Source of the DNA: an uncultured virus (IMG/VR IMGVR_UViG_3300024255_000005)
Lineage: Duplodnaviria; Heunggongvirae; Uroviricota; Caudoviricetes
DNA length: 64,000 bases
Virus record (IMG/VR): IMGVR_UViG_3300024255_000005
Reading direction: 5' to 3' (one strand)
Numbering within the stretch: the stretch's first letter is position 1; every line of letters starts with the position of its first letter. The notes below the pieces were generated by a model. It did no database searches. It saw nothing but the letters and a program-made list of their open reading frames with translations, and had not been told where the DNA came from. Made by a program: the position numbers and the translations under genes. Below are positions 38,425 to 48,536 of this stretch, piece after piece.

Positions 38425-39177
38425 ATGACAAACATGTTAGCACCTTTCGTAAAAATTGAAGAAAACGTTCAATTCTATTTAAATAATAGAGCTTACGAAA
38501 TAAAAGAAAACAACATTGAAATTATCGAAAGACCAACTAATAAAGAATTTTTAAAAGCAATCACAGCTTTTGAAAATTTCGATATAGTAGGAAACGATAT
38601 TAAATGGTATAACAAAGGTTCAAAATTTATTTACAACATTGAAGAAGGAAAGTTCTACAATGGAACATCTGAAATCAATGAATCATTTTCAACATACGTA
38701 TTAGCCAGCGGACTAGTTAGATATGAAAACAAAAATAAAGCTGAATTATTTGAAAGCCTTTCTACTATTGTAGAAAATTTCATGTATTTAGACTTCGCTA
38801 CCACGTATAAGAAGGGAGGTGTCACTGTTGATTTATTTAAATTAGATGAAAATCTATTTATTTCAAGATTCAACAAAGACACCAAATTAAATAAATTCTT
38901 TTCAGCTACCGCTAATGAAGCAGTATCTTATATTAAAGCAGAAACTTCAGAAGACGCTTCGAGTGTAGTAATTGAAATGCTAGAAGGAGAAACTTTAGAA
39001 CTTGCTAAGAAATCTGAAGAAATTTCAAAGTTTGAAGAAATGATTTCTTTCTTAAAAGATCAAAGAGATTTATTAGCTGACGCTGATAAATCAATTGAAG
39101 AAATTAAAGCCGCTGATGCTTTAATTAATTCAGAGATTAAAGTATGGGAAGATAAGATTGAAGCTTTAAACGCATAA
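38425..39177 (+). CDS. hypothetical late protein
   Basis: 250 aa with C-terminal coiled coil; late promoter at 38387 and a terminator downstream. Confidence 0.7.
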   Translation: MTNMLAPFVKIEENVQFYLNNRAYEIKENNIEIIERPTNKEFLKAITAFENFDIVGNDIKWYNKGSKFIYNIEEGKFYNGTSEINESFSTYVLASGLVRYENKNKAELFESLSTIVENFMYLDFATTYKKGGVTVDLFKLDENLFISRFNKDTKLNKFFSATANEAVSYIKAETSEDASSVVIEMLEGETLELAKKSEEISKFEEMISFLKDQRDLLADADKSIEEIKAADALINSEIKVWEDKIEALNA

Positions 39178-39199
39178 GACGTATCATCGTAAAATAGAG

Positions 39200-39222
39200 A
39201 AGGGACCATTGGTCCCTTTTTT
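39200..39222 (+). terminator. Rho-independent terminator
   Basis: AAGGGACC-ATT-GGTCCCTT followed by a T-run. Confidence 0.8.
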
Positions 39223-39281
39223 AGGTTAATAAACTTTTTAACATTTTTGAGTATAATCTCTATAAATAAACCAACAACATT

Positions 39282-39665
39282 GTGGCTAAAAGAAGAAAAT
39301 CAAAAAACTATTTAAATAACAGAGACCTCTTTGATCAAATGGTCCTTTCAAAAGAACAGGATAAATTAACAAGAGATGCTGAAAAAATGCTAATTCTCTT
39401 GGCAGAAAAGGCGATCAATAGGATGAGGTATGTTAGTGAAGATGATAGGAACGATTGTCTACAATTTGCTATATTAGACCTTTTAAAATATTGGAGAAAC
39501 TTCAATCCTAAATATCCAAATGCATTTGCTTATTTCACTGAGATAGCAAAGAGAGGATACGCCAAAGGATGGAATAAGATTCACCCTCAAAAATACAAAG
39601 GAACTCTATCTATAGACAAAGGATCAGGCAACTCTGAAAATCAAACAGGAATTTATAGCATCTAA
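39282..39665 (+). CDS. gp55: late-transcription sigma factor (short gp55-like)
   Basis: NYLNNRDL, KYWRNFNP and NAFAYFTEIA motifs. Confidence 0.85.
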   Translation: MAKRRKSKNYLNNRDLFDQMVLSKEQDKLTRDAEKMLILLAEKAINRMRYVSEDDRNDCLQFAILDLLKYWRNFNPKYPNAFAYFTEIAKRGYAKGWNKIHPQKYKGTLSIDKGSGNSENQTGIYSI

Positions 39666-40153
39666 TGTCAATAAAGAATGTCAAACCAACTAAAAATTCA
39701 GGATTCAATCAAGGTTATTATAAACCTAATAATCCTTCTAAATATGCAGGACCTACTCCTATCATATATAGAAGCTCCTGGGAACGTAAGTTTATGATGT
39801 GGTGTGACAAAAATGAAAAGGTAAGTATGTGGTCAAGTGAACCGGTTGAAATACCATATTGGTCTAGACAAGATTCTACCAAAAGAAAATATTACCCTGA
39901 TTTTTATTTTAAGGCAATTCAGCCTGATGAAACTGCTAAAGAATATCTAGTAGAAATCAAACCAAAGCAACAGATACAAAAACCAGAGCCTCCTAAAGTA
40001 AATTCTAAGAAGGCTCTTAAGTCATATAAATTTTTAGCAGAGCAATATGTTAAAAATATGGATAAATATAATGCAGCTAAAGAATTCTGCTCTCAAAGAA
40101 ATTGGAACTTCATAGTTCTAACGGAAGAAACTATAATCAATGGGCTACATTAA
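39665..40153 (+). CDS. gp4: head completion nuclease
   Basis: PSKYAG, YRSSWE, WSSE, YYPDF, VEIKP and LTE. Confidence 0.9.
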   Translation: MSIKNVKPTKNSGFNQGYYKPNNPSKYAGPTPIIYRSSWERKFMMWCDKNEKVSMWSSEPVEIPYWSRQDSTKRKYYPDFYFKAIQPDETAKEYLVEIKPKQQIQKPEPPKVNSKKALKSYKFLAEQYVKNMDKYNAAKEFCSQRNWNFIVLTEETIINGLH

Positions 40154-40736
40154 AGAAGAAATAAAGAAATTAATAAAGGGCAAAGGAAGGGCTAAGGCTT
40201 CTAAAGAATCGATAGCCTGGTTTGAAAGTGGTCTTAAAGATAGAAAAGAAAAGGCAGTAGGGTCTACTAGGAGCAGGTTTATACCAGGTAAATTATATGT
40301 ATTTAATTATAAACCAGTCTCAGAAAATTTAATGTGGTTTGATGATAAGCCAGTAGTTCTTGCGTTAGATCCTTATAACGGAGATGATATAGGAGTAAAT
40401 ATAACAATACTTCCTCCTAACATCAGAGAAGATTTTTTAGACGAAGTATATGAAAAGTATTCTGCGATAATAAAAGCAGCATCTAAAACAAAAAGTGCAG
40501 ATGCACAGAGAGGATTACCTAAATTTTCATATATAGGTGCAAAAAAGTATTTAGAGAAATCCGGATATGATTTTGCAATAAGAAGGTATAAGAAAACTGG
40601 TAAATCTAATCAAGCTGTAGTTGCATATAAGGATTGGTGTAAAATGGCAATTATCGACTTTAATTCCTTACAGGGAATTAATAAAGAGCAGCTTATTAAA
40701 TTATTTGAAGATCATCGTAGAAAAAAGAATATATAA
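40140..40736 (+). CDS. gp2: DNA end protector protein
   Basis: PGKLYVFNY, WFDDKP, GVNI..LPP and IRRY. Confidence 0.8.
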   Translation: MGYIKEEIKKLIKGKGRAKASKESIAWFESGLKDRKEKAVGSTRSRFIPGKLYVFNYKPVSENLMWFDDKPVVLALDPYNGDDIGVNITILPPNIREDFLDEVYEKYSAIIKAASKTKSADAQRGLPKFSYIGAKKYLEKSGYDFAIRRYKKTGKSNQAVVAYKDWCKMAIIDFNSLQGINKEQLIKLFEDHRRKKNI

Positions 40737-40768
40737 AGAGAAGTATAATACAATTGTAATTTTAACAC

Positions 40769-42358
40769 ATGGCAGGATTTATAGAAAGAAACGGACCATT
40801 AAGTACTGGTAAAAGATCATTCACTTTAAGTGATACATTAAAAAGACTCTCGTCTTTCGGAATGTATTACGATGATTTAGTCTTAAGACAATCTCAGGCA
40901 ATAGGTCCCGTAGAAGATGAATTTGGTTACGGCCAAATGAATCAAATGGGTCTAGACGACGATAATATGTATGGAGCATTTGCTGCATTATCGATGGCGG
41001 ACACAACAATGAGAAAAAATATTCCTTTCTTTGACCAGGGTTATGAAGGTAAAAGAGACGAATTAAGAAGATTTTCCACTCATGATGAAATAGAAGATAT
41101 ATTAGATATCTTATGTGATGAATCTATCGTATATGACAATAAGAACTTTATTGGAAATCCAGAACTTATTGGAATGGATGTTTCAGAAGAAGTTACTAAA
41201 TACTTAAATAAATCGTATAGAGATTTATACCAATATTTTGGGTTTAATTCTGATCAATCTGCGTGGTATTTCTTTAGAAAATTCCTAATTGATGGATATT
41301 TGTCTTTTGAAATAATTTACAATCCAGAACAAGATCAGATTATAGGTTTTAAAGAAATAGATCCTATTACATTAATGCCAGGTTATAATAAAGATGACGG
41401 TAAAAAAGTATGGGTTCAATTTAAGGACGATCCAGTTAAGGAAAGAGTTCTATATGATGCACAGATCATCTATCTTTCTTATTCTTCAATAACCACTGCC
41501 TCGAGAGTAAGTTACTTAGAAAGACTTGTAAGATCATTTAACTTAATGAGAATTATGGAACATACCAGAGTTATCTGGGCAGTTACGAATTCTTCTTATA
41601 GAATGAAGTTTATCATCCCAGTTGGTGGTAAATCTAAGACAAGAGCAAAACAATCTCTTGCACAATTAATGGGTAACTATAAAGAAGTTGTAGATTTTGA
41701 TTGGGATTCAGCTACATTAGCAACTAATGGAAAACCAATGCTTCAGTTTAATAAAGAATACTGGTTACCATCTAAAGAAGGTGAATCTCCAGAGATTGAA
41801 ACTCTAGGAGGAGAAGGTCCAGAATTATCAGATACAGAAGCACTTAAATATTTTAATGATAAATTAAAAATGGTTTCTAAAATACCATTCAATAGATTTA
41901 TGTATGAAGACGGTGGTGGTGACTTTAACCTTGCAGCTGATGGTATGATTAGAGATGAAATTAAGTTTTCTAAATTTATTAAAAGATTACGTTCTTCTTT
42001 CCAAGAAATTTTAGTAAAACCGCTTCACATCCAAATGTGTCTTAAATTTCCTGAATTCAAAGATGATGCAGGTTTTAAAACTCAAATAGCTATTCAATTT
42101 AATGAAGAAAACATGTTTGCTGAATTAAAGCAAATGGAAATCATGGAGAAAAGATTAGACTTTATATCTACAATGCAAGACTCCCTAATGAAAACTGATC
42201 CAGTTACGATGGAAGAAATGCCTTACTTCGATATGGAATTCTTAGTAGACAGATACTTAAAATTATCACCAGATGATAAAGTTTCAAACGAAGCATATAA
42301 GCAAAGACAGGCTAATATTGATGCAGAAGAACCGGATGTTGATCCTATGGCAATGTAA
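40769..42358 (+). CDS. gp20: portal protein
   Basis: FLIDG, YLERLVRSFNLMRIMEH, EYWLP, IETLGG, KIPFNR, RDEIKFSKFI and FAELK. Confidence 0.95.
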   Translation: MAGFIERNGPLSTGKRSFTLSDTLKRLSSFGMYYDDLVLRQSQAIGPVEDEFGYGQMNQMGLDDDNMYGAFAALSMADTTMRKNIPFFDQGYEGKRDELRRFSTHDEIEDILDILCDESIVYDNKNFIGNPELIGMDVSEEVTKYLNKSYRDLYQYFGFNSDQSAWYFFRKFLIDGYLSFEIIYNPEQDQIIGFKEIDPITLMPGYNKDDGKKVWVQFKDDPVKERVLYDAQIIYLSYSSITTASRVSYLERLVRSFNLMRIMEHTRVIWAVTNSSYRMKFIIPVGGKSKTRAKQSLAQLMGNYKEVVDFDWDSATLATNGKPMLQFNKEYWLPSKEGESPEIETLGGEGPELSDTEALKYFNDKLKMVSKIPFNRFMYEDGGGDFNLAADGMIRDEIKFSKFIKRLRSSFQEILVKPLHIQMCLKFPEFKDDAGFKTQIAIQFNEENMFAELKQMEIMEKRLDFISTMQDSLMKTDPVTMEEMPYFDMEFLVDRYLKLSPDDKVSNEAYKQRQANIDAEEPDVDPMAM

Positions 42359-42385
42359 TCCAGAAAAAAGAATATATAAATAGCA

Positions 42386-42742
42386 ATGAAACACTTACAA
42401 ACATTTAAAAACTACTCTAATCTAACAGAGGATGCATTAGAGGTCGGAGACGATTCAGATGTAATAGTAGATGATATTCTTTTAGATTCAGGTGAAAAGA
42501 TTAAATCTGCTGAAATTATAGGAGTAATAAATATAAGTAAAACAGAGAAAGAATTCAAAGAATATTTTTATAAAGAATACGGGAATAATGCATTTACTGA
42601 AGAAGATATGCAAACACTATTAAAGTATTTTTTAGAGGTTGAAACTGAGAAAACTGAAAAGGAAACTGAAGAAGAACAGTCCAGTGGAGAAGGAGAAGAA
42701 GGCTCAAGCCTAGAAGATGAACTAGGAGACTTAGAAATATAG
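42386..42742 (+). CDS. prohead core / internal protein (gp67/68-like position)
   Basis: MKHLQTFKNYSNLTE|D start, very acidic, located between portal and protease. Confidence 0.6.
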   Translation: MKHLQTFKNYSNLTEDALEVGDDSDVIVDDILLDSGEKIKSAEIIGVINISKTEKEFKEYFYKEYGNNAFTEEDMQTLLKYFLEVETEKTEKETEEEQSSGEGEEGSSLEDELGDLEI

Positions 42743-42801
42743 AAAAAATGAAAAATCATTATTCTTCAAAAGATATATAAACAAACATAGTATTAAAATA
42801 T

Positions 42802-44826
42802 ATGAATACAAAAAACAATCTATTAATCCTAGAAAGATCTTCTAGTGAATTAGAATTCAAACAAGATGGTGATGGGGCTTATGTCCTTGAAGGTATATTT
42901 GGAGAAATTGACAAAAAGAATAGAAATAATAGAATCTATACTGAGTCAGAATATGTTCCACAAATTGAAGCTCTTCAATCTAAAATAGGTTCTTCTAAAC
43001 TTTTAGGAGAATTAGATCACCCACAAACATTTGATGTATCTTTAAAAAACGTATCTCACGTTATTGAAGAATTATCCTATGATAGCGAAACAAAACAAGT
43101 AAAAGGTAAAATCAGATTACTTGATACTGAAGCTGGTCGTCAGGCTAAAGCTTTGGTTGATGCTGGTGTTCCTTTACAAATTTCATCTAGAGCAGCTGGT
43201 ACAGTTGAATCTAACGGGACTGTTAAAATTAAGCAATTATTCACTTATGATTTAGTTGCAGATCCTGGCTTTGAAAATGCTGAATTAAAAAGAGTTAACG
43301 AATCTTTCGGATTTGATAACGATTCTAGCATTCAAATTTATGAAATTGGAAATACAAAAGAACTTTTAACAACCGAAAATAAAACTGAAAACAAAATGGC
43401 TGAATCAAAATTCGTAAGTACTGATGATTTTAATAAATATTCACAGTATTTATCAAGCGAAATAAAAACTATTAAAGAGGGAATGGAATCTTTAAATAGT
43501 GATGAATCTGTAAAGTCTGAAGTTGAAAGCGTTAAAGAATATTCAAACTATCTTGCTGAGAAATTAGAAAAGACTATCGAGTATTCTGCATACCTTGCTG
43601 AAAACTTAGATAATACAATAACTACAAATAACGAAATATCTGAGAAATTAGATAATAGCGTTGCATATACTGAGCATGTTGCTGAAGGTGTTGAATCAAT
43701 TAAAGAATATACTAATTACTTAGCAGAATCTTATAATGAAGGTGCAACAACCCATGAAGGCTTATTAAAGTATATTGAATACTTAAAAGAAAATTTAGAA
43801 AAAGTTACTGAATATGCAGAATACGTTGCAGAAACAGTTAATTCTAATTTATTACTAGAAGATGAAGCTGGTAAAGAAGTTGAAGAAATTGAAGATGAAG
43901 ACGATTCTACTGATGTTACTGAACCTACAGTTGATGCTGAAGATAATGAACTAGATCATGGTGCAGAAGTTAAAGACAAATCTGACGAGTTAGAAGATGA
44001 GTTAGAAGATACAGTTGACGATGCAGGTGACGAAGAAATTTCTGAAGAAGAGGCTGCCGAAGAGGTTGAAGAAACTGAAGAAGTTGAAGAAGTTGAAGAA
44101 GGAAATGCATTCGGTGCTGCAAGAGCTAAAGCAATCGCAGACGGAGAAAAAGAATTTACAGTAGACGGAGAAACTTTTAAAGTTGAAGACGTTGATGCTG
44201 AAGATAAAGAAAATGCTGAAGAATTTGTTGAAGAAGCAACTGAAGAAGCTGAAGCAGTAGAAGAAACTGAAGAAGAAGTTGAAGAAGCTGTAGACGCATT
44301 AGATGCTTACAAATCTGAAATTAGTTCTAAATTATCTGCTTTAATCGAAAAAGCAACTGTTAAAGAAAATACTAACCCTCATTTCTTTAGATTTATTTCT
44401 GAAGCTAAGAAATCAGAATATAACGAATTAAATACTGAAGATCAATCTAAAGTATTAAAATCAATCGAAGGAAAAGGATTCTTAACTGAAGGACAAATTC
44501 TTACACTATGGAACTCTTCATTAATAAATAGCGTTAAAACTAACGAACCTAGTGTTATTGAAATGATGCCAGAGGAATATAAAGAAACTTGGTCTAAATT
44601 ATCAGACAACAAGAAAACATCTCTTTTAGCTCAATCTAAATACCATAAACTAGAAACTGCTTACCAAGTAAGAAACTTCTGGCAAACTAGAGATCTTAGA
44701 GATGTCAAAGTTGTTATGGAAAAAGTAGAGACAGTAAATGAAGCTGCTGTTGTAACTGAAGAGAAGAAACCTTTATATGATTTAACAGATGTTAAGAAGT
44801 CTATTAATAAGAGATTCAACAAGTAA
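42802..44826 (+). CDS. gp21: prohead protease fused to scaffolding protein (gp21-gp22-like)
   Basis: NRNNRIY, LGELDHP, VSH, ISSRAAG and DLVADPGF, followed by a long acidic coiled coil with EY..YLAE repeats. Confidence 0.9.
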   Translation: MNTKNNLLILERSSSELEFKQDGDGAYVLEGIFGEIDKKNRNNRIYTESEYVPQIEALQSKIGSSKLLGELDHPQTFDVSLKNVSHVIEELSYDSETKQVKGKIRLLDTEAGRQAKALVDAGVPLQISSRAAGTVESNGTVKIKQLFTYDLVADPGFENAELKRVNESFGFDNDSSIQIYEIGNTKELLTTENKTENKMAESKFVSTDDFNKYSQYLSSEIKTIKEGMESLNSDESVKSEVESVKEYSNYLAEKLEKTIEYSAYLAENLDNTITTNNEISEKLDNSVAYTEHVAEGVESIKEYTNYLAESYNEGATTHEGLLKYIEYLKENLEKVTEYAEYVAETVNSNLLLEDEAGKEVEEIEDEDDSTDVTEPTVDAEDNELDHGAEVKDKSDELEDELEDTVDDAGDEEISEEEAAEEVEETEEVEEVEEGNAFGAARAKAIADGEKEFTVDGETFKVEDVDAEDKENAEEFVEEATEEAEAVEETEEEVEEAVDALDAYKSEISSKLSALIEKATVKENTNPHFFRFISEAKKSEYNELNTEDQSKVLKSIEGKGFLTEGQILTLWNSSLINSVKTNEPSVIEMMPEEYKETWSKLSDNKKTSLLAQSKYHKLETAYQVRNFWQTRDLRDVKVVMEKVETVNEAAVVTEEKKPLYDLTDVKKSINKRFNK

Positions 44827-44981
44827 TATCTTAATATTTTAGGAAAAACGTAAAAAACGTAAATATAATAACAATATATAGTATATCGATAATCAGATAA
44901 GAAGAAAAAATCTGACAAACATCGAGAAGATCGTTCAATCGATCAAATTTAAACAACCATTAAAAAAAAACAAATAATAAA

Positions 44982-46424
44982 ATGGCAAATTTAATTAACT
45001 CTGCAGAAGTTAGAGAAACTTGGGCTCCGATCATCGAATCAGCTACAGGTATCAACGAAGCAGAAAAACTAGCGTGGATGTCAGAATACTGTCATAACCA
45101 CAAATTATACGAAGATGCACACATCATGTCTTTAGGGACTGCTGGTAACATCTACGGTATGGGTAATGTATCTTTACCAAATATGGAAACAGGTGCTGAC
45201 GGTTCAGGAGATAAAGCTCCAACGTTATTACCATTAGCAATGCAAGTTGCTGCACAAACTATCGGTTTAGACTTAGTACCAGTTGTACCAATGGCTGGAC
45301 CAATGGGTCTTTTATCTTACTTAGACTTCGTTTACGAAGGTGGTAAATTAATCGGATCAACTGCTCCAACTTATGTAAAAGTATCAGGTACTAGCTTAGT
45401 TGTTGGTGCTACTGCTGATGCAGATGCTTTACCTTTTGCAGTTGCTCAAGGTGCTTCTAGATTAGACGGTATGGAAATTTACAAAATCACTGCTGCCGGT
45501 GAAGCGAAAGCTGATGCTGGTTCTGTTGCAGATTGTTTCTCAGCTGCTGATGATTCTGAAGGTGTATCTACTTTAAAGATCGAATTAGTGAAAGCTTTAG
45601 AAGATCATATTAAAGGATTCGCTGCTGCTGACAAGGATGGTAATGCATTCTCAAGAGGTGTTGGTGAACAAACTCCTGACAAAGTTATGGGTCTTTCTTT
45701 ATTCTCAAAAAGTGTTGCTGCTGAAACTTTCCAAGTTGCTGCTGCAGTTACTAGAGAACAAGTACAAGATCTTAAACAATTCGGTGTAGATGCTGTTGCT
45801 CAAGTTGAGTCAGTATTAACTAACGAATTAACTCAGTCAATCAACAACTTAATCTTAGCTAAACTTAATTCTTTAGGTAAAGATAACATTACAGCTTCAG
45901 GTGCTAACTTAGACTTAGACTTAAGTGATGCTGTATTAGGTGGTGAGACTATCGCTTCTAACCATAGAAGAATCTTAACTTCAATCCTTGCTGCTGCGAA
46001 CTTTATCGCAAACAGAGGTAGAAGAGGTGCAGGTAACTTCTGTGTTGTAGGTCCTAAAGTGGCTACAGCTTTACAATCAGTTGCTGGTTTCGTTGCTAAC
46101 CCAATGGCTAACACATTATCACAAGCAGCAGGTGCAATCTACCCAGTAGGTTCTGTAGCTGGTGTAAATGTATACACTGACCCAAGACAAGCATGGGAAG
46201 GTGCTGCTGACAATACTTATGAAGTAGTAGTTGGTAGAAAAGGTGATGGTAACGGTCCTGGATTAGTATTCATGCCTTACTTAATGGCTGAATCAGTACA
46301 AACAATCGCTGAAGGAACTATGGCTCCTAAAGTTGCTGTTAAATCTAGATTCGCATTAGTTGAAGCAGGTTTCCACCCAGAAACTCAATATGTTACATAC
46401 AATGTATCTAACTTAGCTCTTTAA
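44982..46424 (+). CDS. gp23: major capsid protein
   Basis: WAPII, DLVPVVPMAGPMG, EQVQDLK, RRGAGNF, VYTDP, FMPY and KSRFAL. Confidence 0.95.
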   Translation: MANLINSAEVRETWAPIIESATGINEAEKLAWMSEYCHNHKLYEDAHIMSLGTAGNIYGMGNVSLPNMETGADGSGDKAPTLLPLAMQVAAQTIGLDLVPVVPMAGPMGLLSYLDFVYEGGKLIGSTAPTYVKVSGTSLVVGATADADALPFAVAQGASRLDGMEIYKITAAGEAKADAGSVADCFSAADDSEGVSTLKIELVKALEDHIKGFAAADKDGNAFSRGVGEQTPDKVMGLSLFSKSVAAETFQVAAAVTREQVQDLKQFGVDAVAQVESVLTNELTQSINNLILAKLNSLGKDNITASGANLDLDLSDAVLGGETIASNHRRILTSILAAANFIANRGRRGAGNFCVVGPKVATALQSVAGFVANPMANTLSQAAGAIYPVGSVAGVNVYTDPRQAWEGAADNTYEVVVGRKGDGNGPGLVFMPYLMAESVQTIAEGTMAPKVAVKSRFALVEAGFHPETQYVTYNVSNLAL

Positions 46425-46452
46425 TTAGAACTAACTTTTAGATTTTAATATT

Positions 46453-46484
46453 AAAGGTCCTCTATTTTAGAGGACCTTTTTTTT
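46453..46484 (+). terminator. Rho-independent terminator after the capsid gene
   Basis: AAAGGTCCTCTA/TAGAGGACCTTT stem followed by a T-run. Confidence 0.9.
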
Positions 46485-46545
46485 GTTTCGTTGAAACTTA
46501 AACAGATATATAGACTATAAGTTTATAAACAAATCAATATAAAAG

Positions 46546-47973
46546 ATGAAAACATTTGAACAATGGTATAATTCTACAAAAAAGGCTAATTCAATAGTTG
46601 AAGCCGCTGAAGATAATGTACCTGTAGCTAAATCATCAACTTCAATAGAATCAGATACAACTACTGTCGTAGCCTCTCCAGAAGCAACAACAGGAGAAGA
46701 GGGTTATTCTAAAATGATGCAAGACTGTGATGATATTATTAATTCTCTAAAAACACTTTCTGATCAACTTACGGAATCAGAAGATCAACCATTAAATGAA
46801 GCAAATCCTATGGGACAGGTGCTTATGCAAGATCCTATTATTATGGGAGCAGTTCTAGGATTAACGGCAATTATCGGTACGGTTGGTTTAGGTGCAAAGG
46901 CTATTAAAGATACTTCTAAAAATAAGAAGGTCATGAAGAGCGCTGAAAAAGATTACACTAAACTTAAGCAGCTAAAAATGCAAACTGTTAAAATGGAAGT
47001 AGCTGTTTCTTCATTAGAAACTAAAAAAGCAGAATTAAGTACTACTGAATCCGTTGAAGAAGCCGATGCGCCTACAAAGGATGCTAAGGCTAAAGTTAAA
47101 AAGGATAAGGTAGCTGCATCAGCTAAGGCTAAAAAAGATGCTTTAGCAAAAATGAAAGTCAAATTAGATAATCAAATATCTGCAATGACAAAAAAAAGAG
47201 ACGGAATTAAACAGGCAACTTCTGATTTTGAAGCATCAACTGAAGCTAAATATGCTGAAGTAAGTGGATTTGGATCTGGTAAAGTAAAAACCCTAATAGC
47301 AGATATAAAAGATTCTACTGCTCAGGAAATTGCAACATATAAATTAGATGCAATGGGAGATAAGATGAGTCCTGAAACTAAGAAAGATCTAAAAGAAAGA
47401 ATTACAAAATCCAAACAGGCTCAGAAGGAGAGAATGGATAAAATTAAGGCCGAGCAGGAGAAGAATGCAAAAAAACTGGACGATGCAGCTGCAAATGATG
47501 AAAAGGTTAAAGCTGAATTAGAAAAAGTAAAGGCAGAGCAGGAGAAGAATAAAGCGAAAGAAACAGCGCCTGAAGAAACTCCAGAAGAAAATCCAACGGA
47601 GACTCCAGAAGAAACTCCAGAAAAAGAAGATGATTTCGATGCATTTGGAACATCGAACGACGAAGAAACTGAAGAAGAAAATCCAACGGAGACTCCAGAA
47701 GAAGAAACCGAAGAAGTCGATAAAACAGATAATTCAAAAGAAGGTATGACTAAAAGAGTTGATGATGTACTCGCGAAAGCAGAAGAAAGTGGAGATGAAG
47801 CTAAAATCAAAAAGGCTAAAGAACTTAAAGCTAAAATTCTTGCAAAAGAATCATGGCAATTAAACAATACCAAATTAGGTTTAATATTTGAATCTGATCT
47901 TAGAAAAATGGAAATGGAATCTTTAATACAGGAGTCTATTTCAGTTAAAGATCGTTTCTCTAAGTTAATCTAA
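46546..47973 (+). CDS. putative capsid-internal protein with hydrophobic helix and coiled coil
   Basis: MKTFEQWY start, IVE|A and PLNE|A sites, hydrophobic IIMGAVLGLTAIIGTVGLGA segment, K/E-rich tail. Confidence 0.7.
   Translation: MKTFEQWYNSTKKANSIVEAAEDNVPVAKSSTSIESDTTTVVASPEATTGEEGYSKMMQDCDDIINSLKTLSDQLTESEDQPLNEANPMGQVLMQDPIIMGAVLGLTAIIGTVGLGAKAIKDTSKNKKVMKSAEKDYTKLKQLKMQTVKMEVAVSSLETKKAELSTTESVEEADAPTKDAKAKVKKDKVAASAKAKKDALAKMKVKLDNQISAMTKKRDGIKQATSDFEASTEAKYAEVSGFGSGKVKTLIADIKDSTAQEIATYKLDAMGDKMSPETKKDLKERITKSKQAQKERMDKIKAEQEKNAKKLDDAAANDEKVKAELEKVKAEQEKNKAKETAPEETPEENPTETPEETPEKEDDFDAFGTSNDEETEEENPTETPEEETEEVDKTDNSKEGMTKRVDDVLAKAEESGDEAKIKKAKELKAKILAKESWQLNNTKLGLIFESDLRKMEMESLIQESISVKDRFSKLI
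47583..47703 (+). repeat. 31-bp direct repeat within the CDS (EENPTETPEE)
   Basis: AGAAGAAAATCCAACGGAGACTCCAGAAGAA at 47583 and 47673. Confidence 0.85.
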
Positions 47974-48477
47974 ATTCTTTTTAGAATTTTTACGAGCTAA
48001 ATTTAGAAACTCCTGTTGTTGATTCAATAGGAGTTTTTTTATGTGCTTACGAAACTCTATTGATGACTTAAGTATTCTAGCATCCACCATAGGAGCCAGT
48101 AATGCATCATGATACTCTGGATGTACAAAGTTTTCCAAGCTAAAGTTATCAGTCTTAGATCTGATAGGTTTACCAGATAGTGCACAGACCCAATCTATTG
48201 TATTATAGTTTTCTTTAAGATCTTCCATCTTCACGAACGAATCAGTAGACCAATCATAATAATACTTATTTTTAGAGGAAGTATATCTATGTTGACATAT
48301 ATTGAATATGATATGAACGAACTGATCACTTTCACACCTTTCACCTAGGATAGGATTTTCTATTAATAGTCTCTTCTGTTGTCTTGCAAGATTTGATAAC
48401 TTAATTCCAAATCTATTAGAGTAAGGAGAATGAGGGGAAACCCTTTCCAATTTAGGATATTTTTTATTATATGCCAT
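47965..48477 (-). CDS. hypothetical protein (only credible minus-strand gene)
   Basis: 170 aa ORF filling a gap with no + strand ORF; WVCALSGKPI...VHPEY motif. Confidence 0.75.
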   Translation of the reverse strand: MAYNKKYPKLERVSPHSPYSNRFGIKLSNLARQQKRLLIENPILGERCESDQFVHIIFNICQHRYTSSKNKYYYDWSTDSFVKMEDLKENYNTIDWVCALSGKPIRSKTDNFSLENFVHPEYHDALLAPMVDARILKSSIEFRKHIKKLLLNQQQEFLNLARKNSKKNLD

Positions 48478-48536
48478 ATAGTATTTATTCGTGAAACAAA
48501 ACAGCTATATTATGTATAATTATTAAACAAATTTAC

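Noticed and set aside
44881..44981. Structured ncRNA in the 100-nt capsid gene leader
   Set aside because: Only short, weak stems (TCAGAT/ATCTGA, GATCG/CGATC) are present; this is adequately explained as a 5' UTR.
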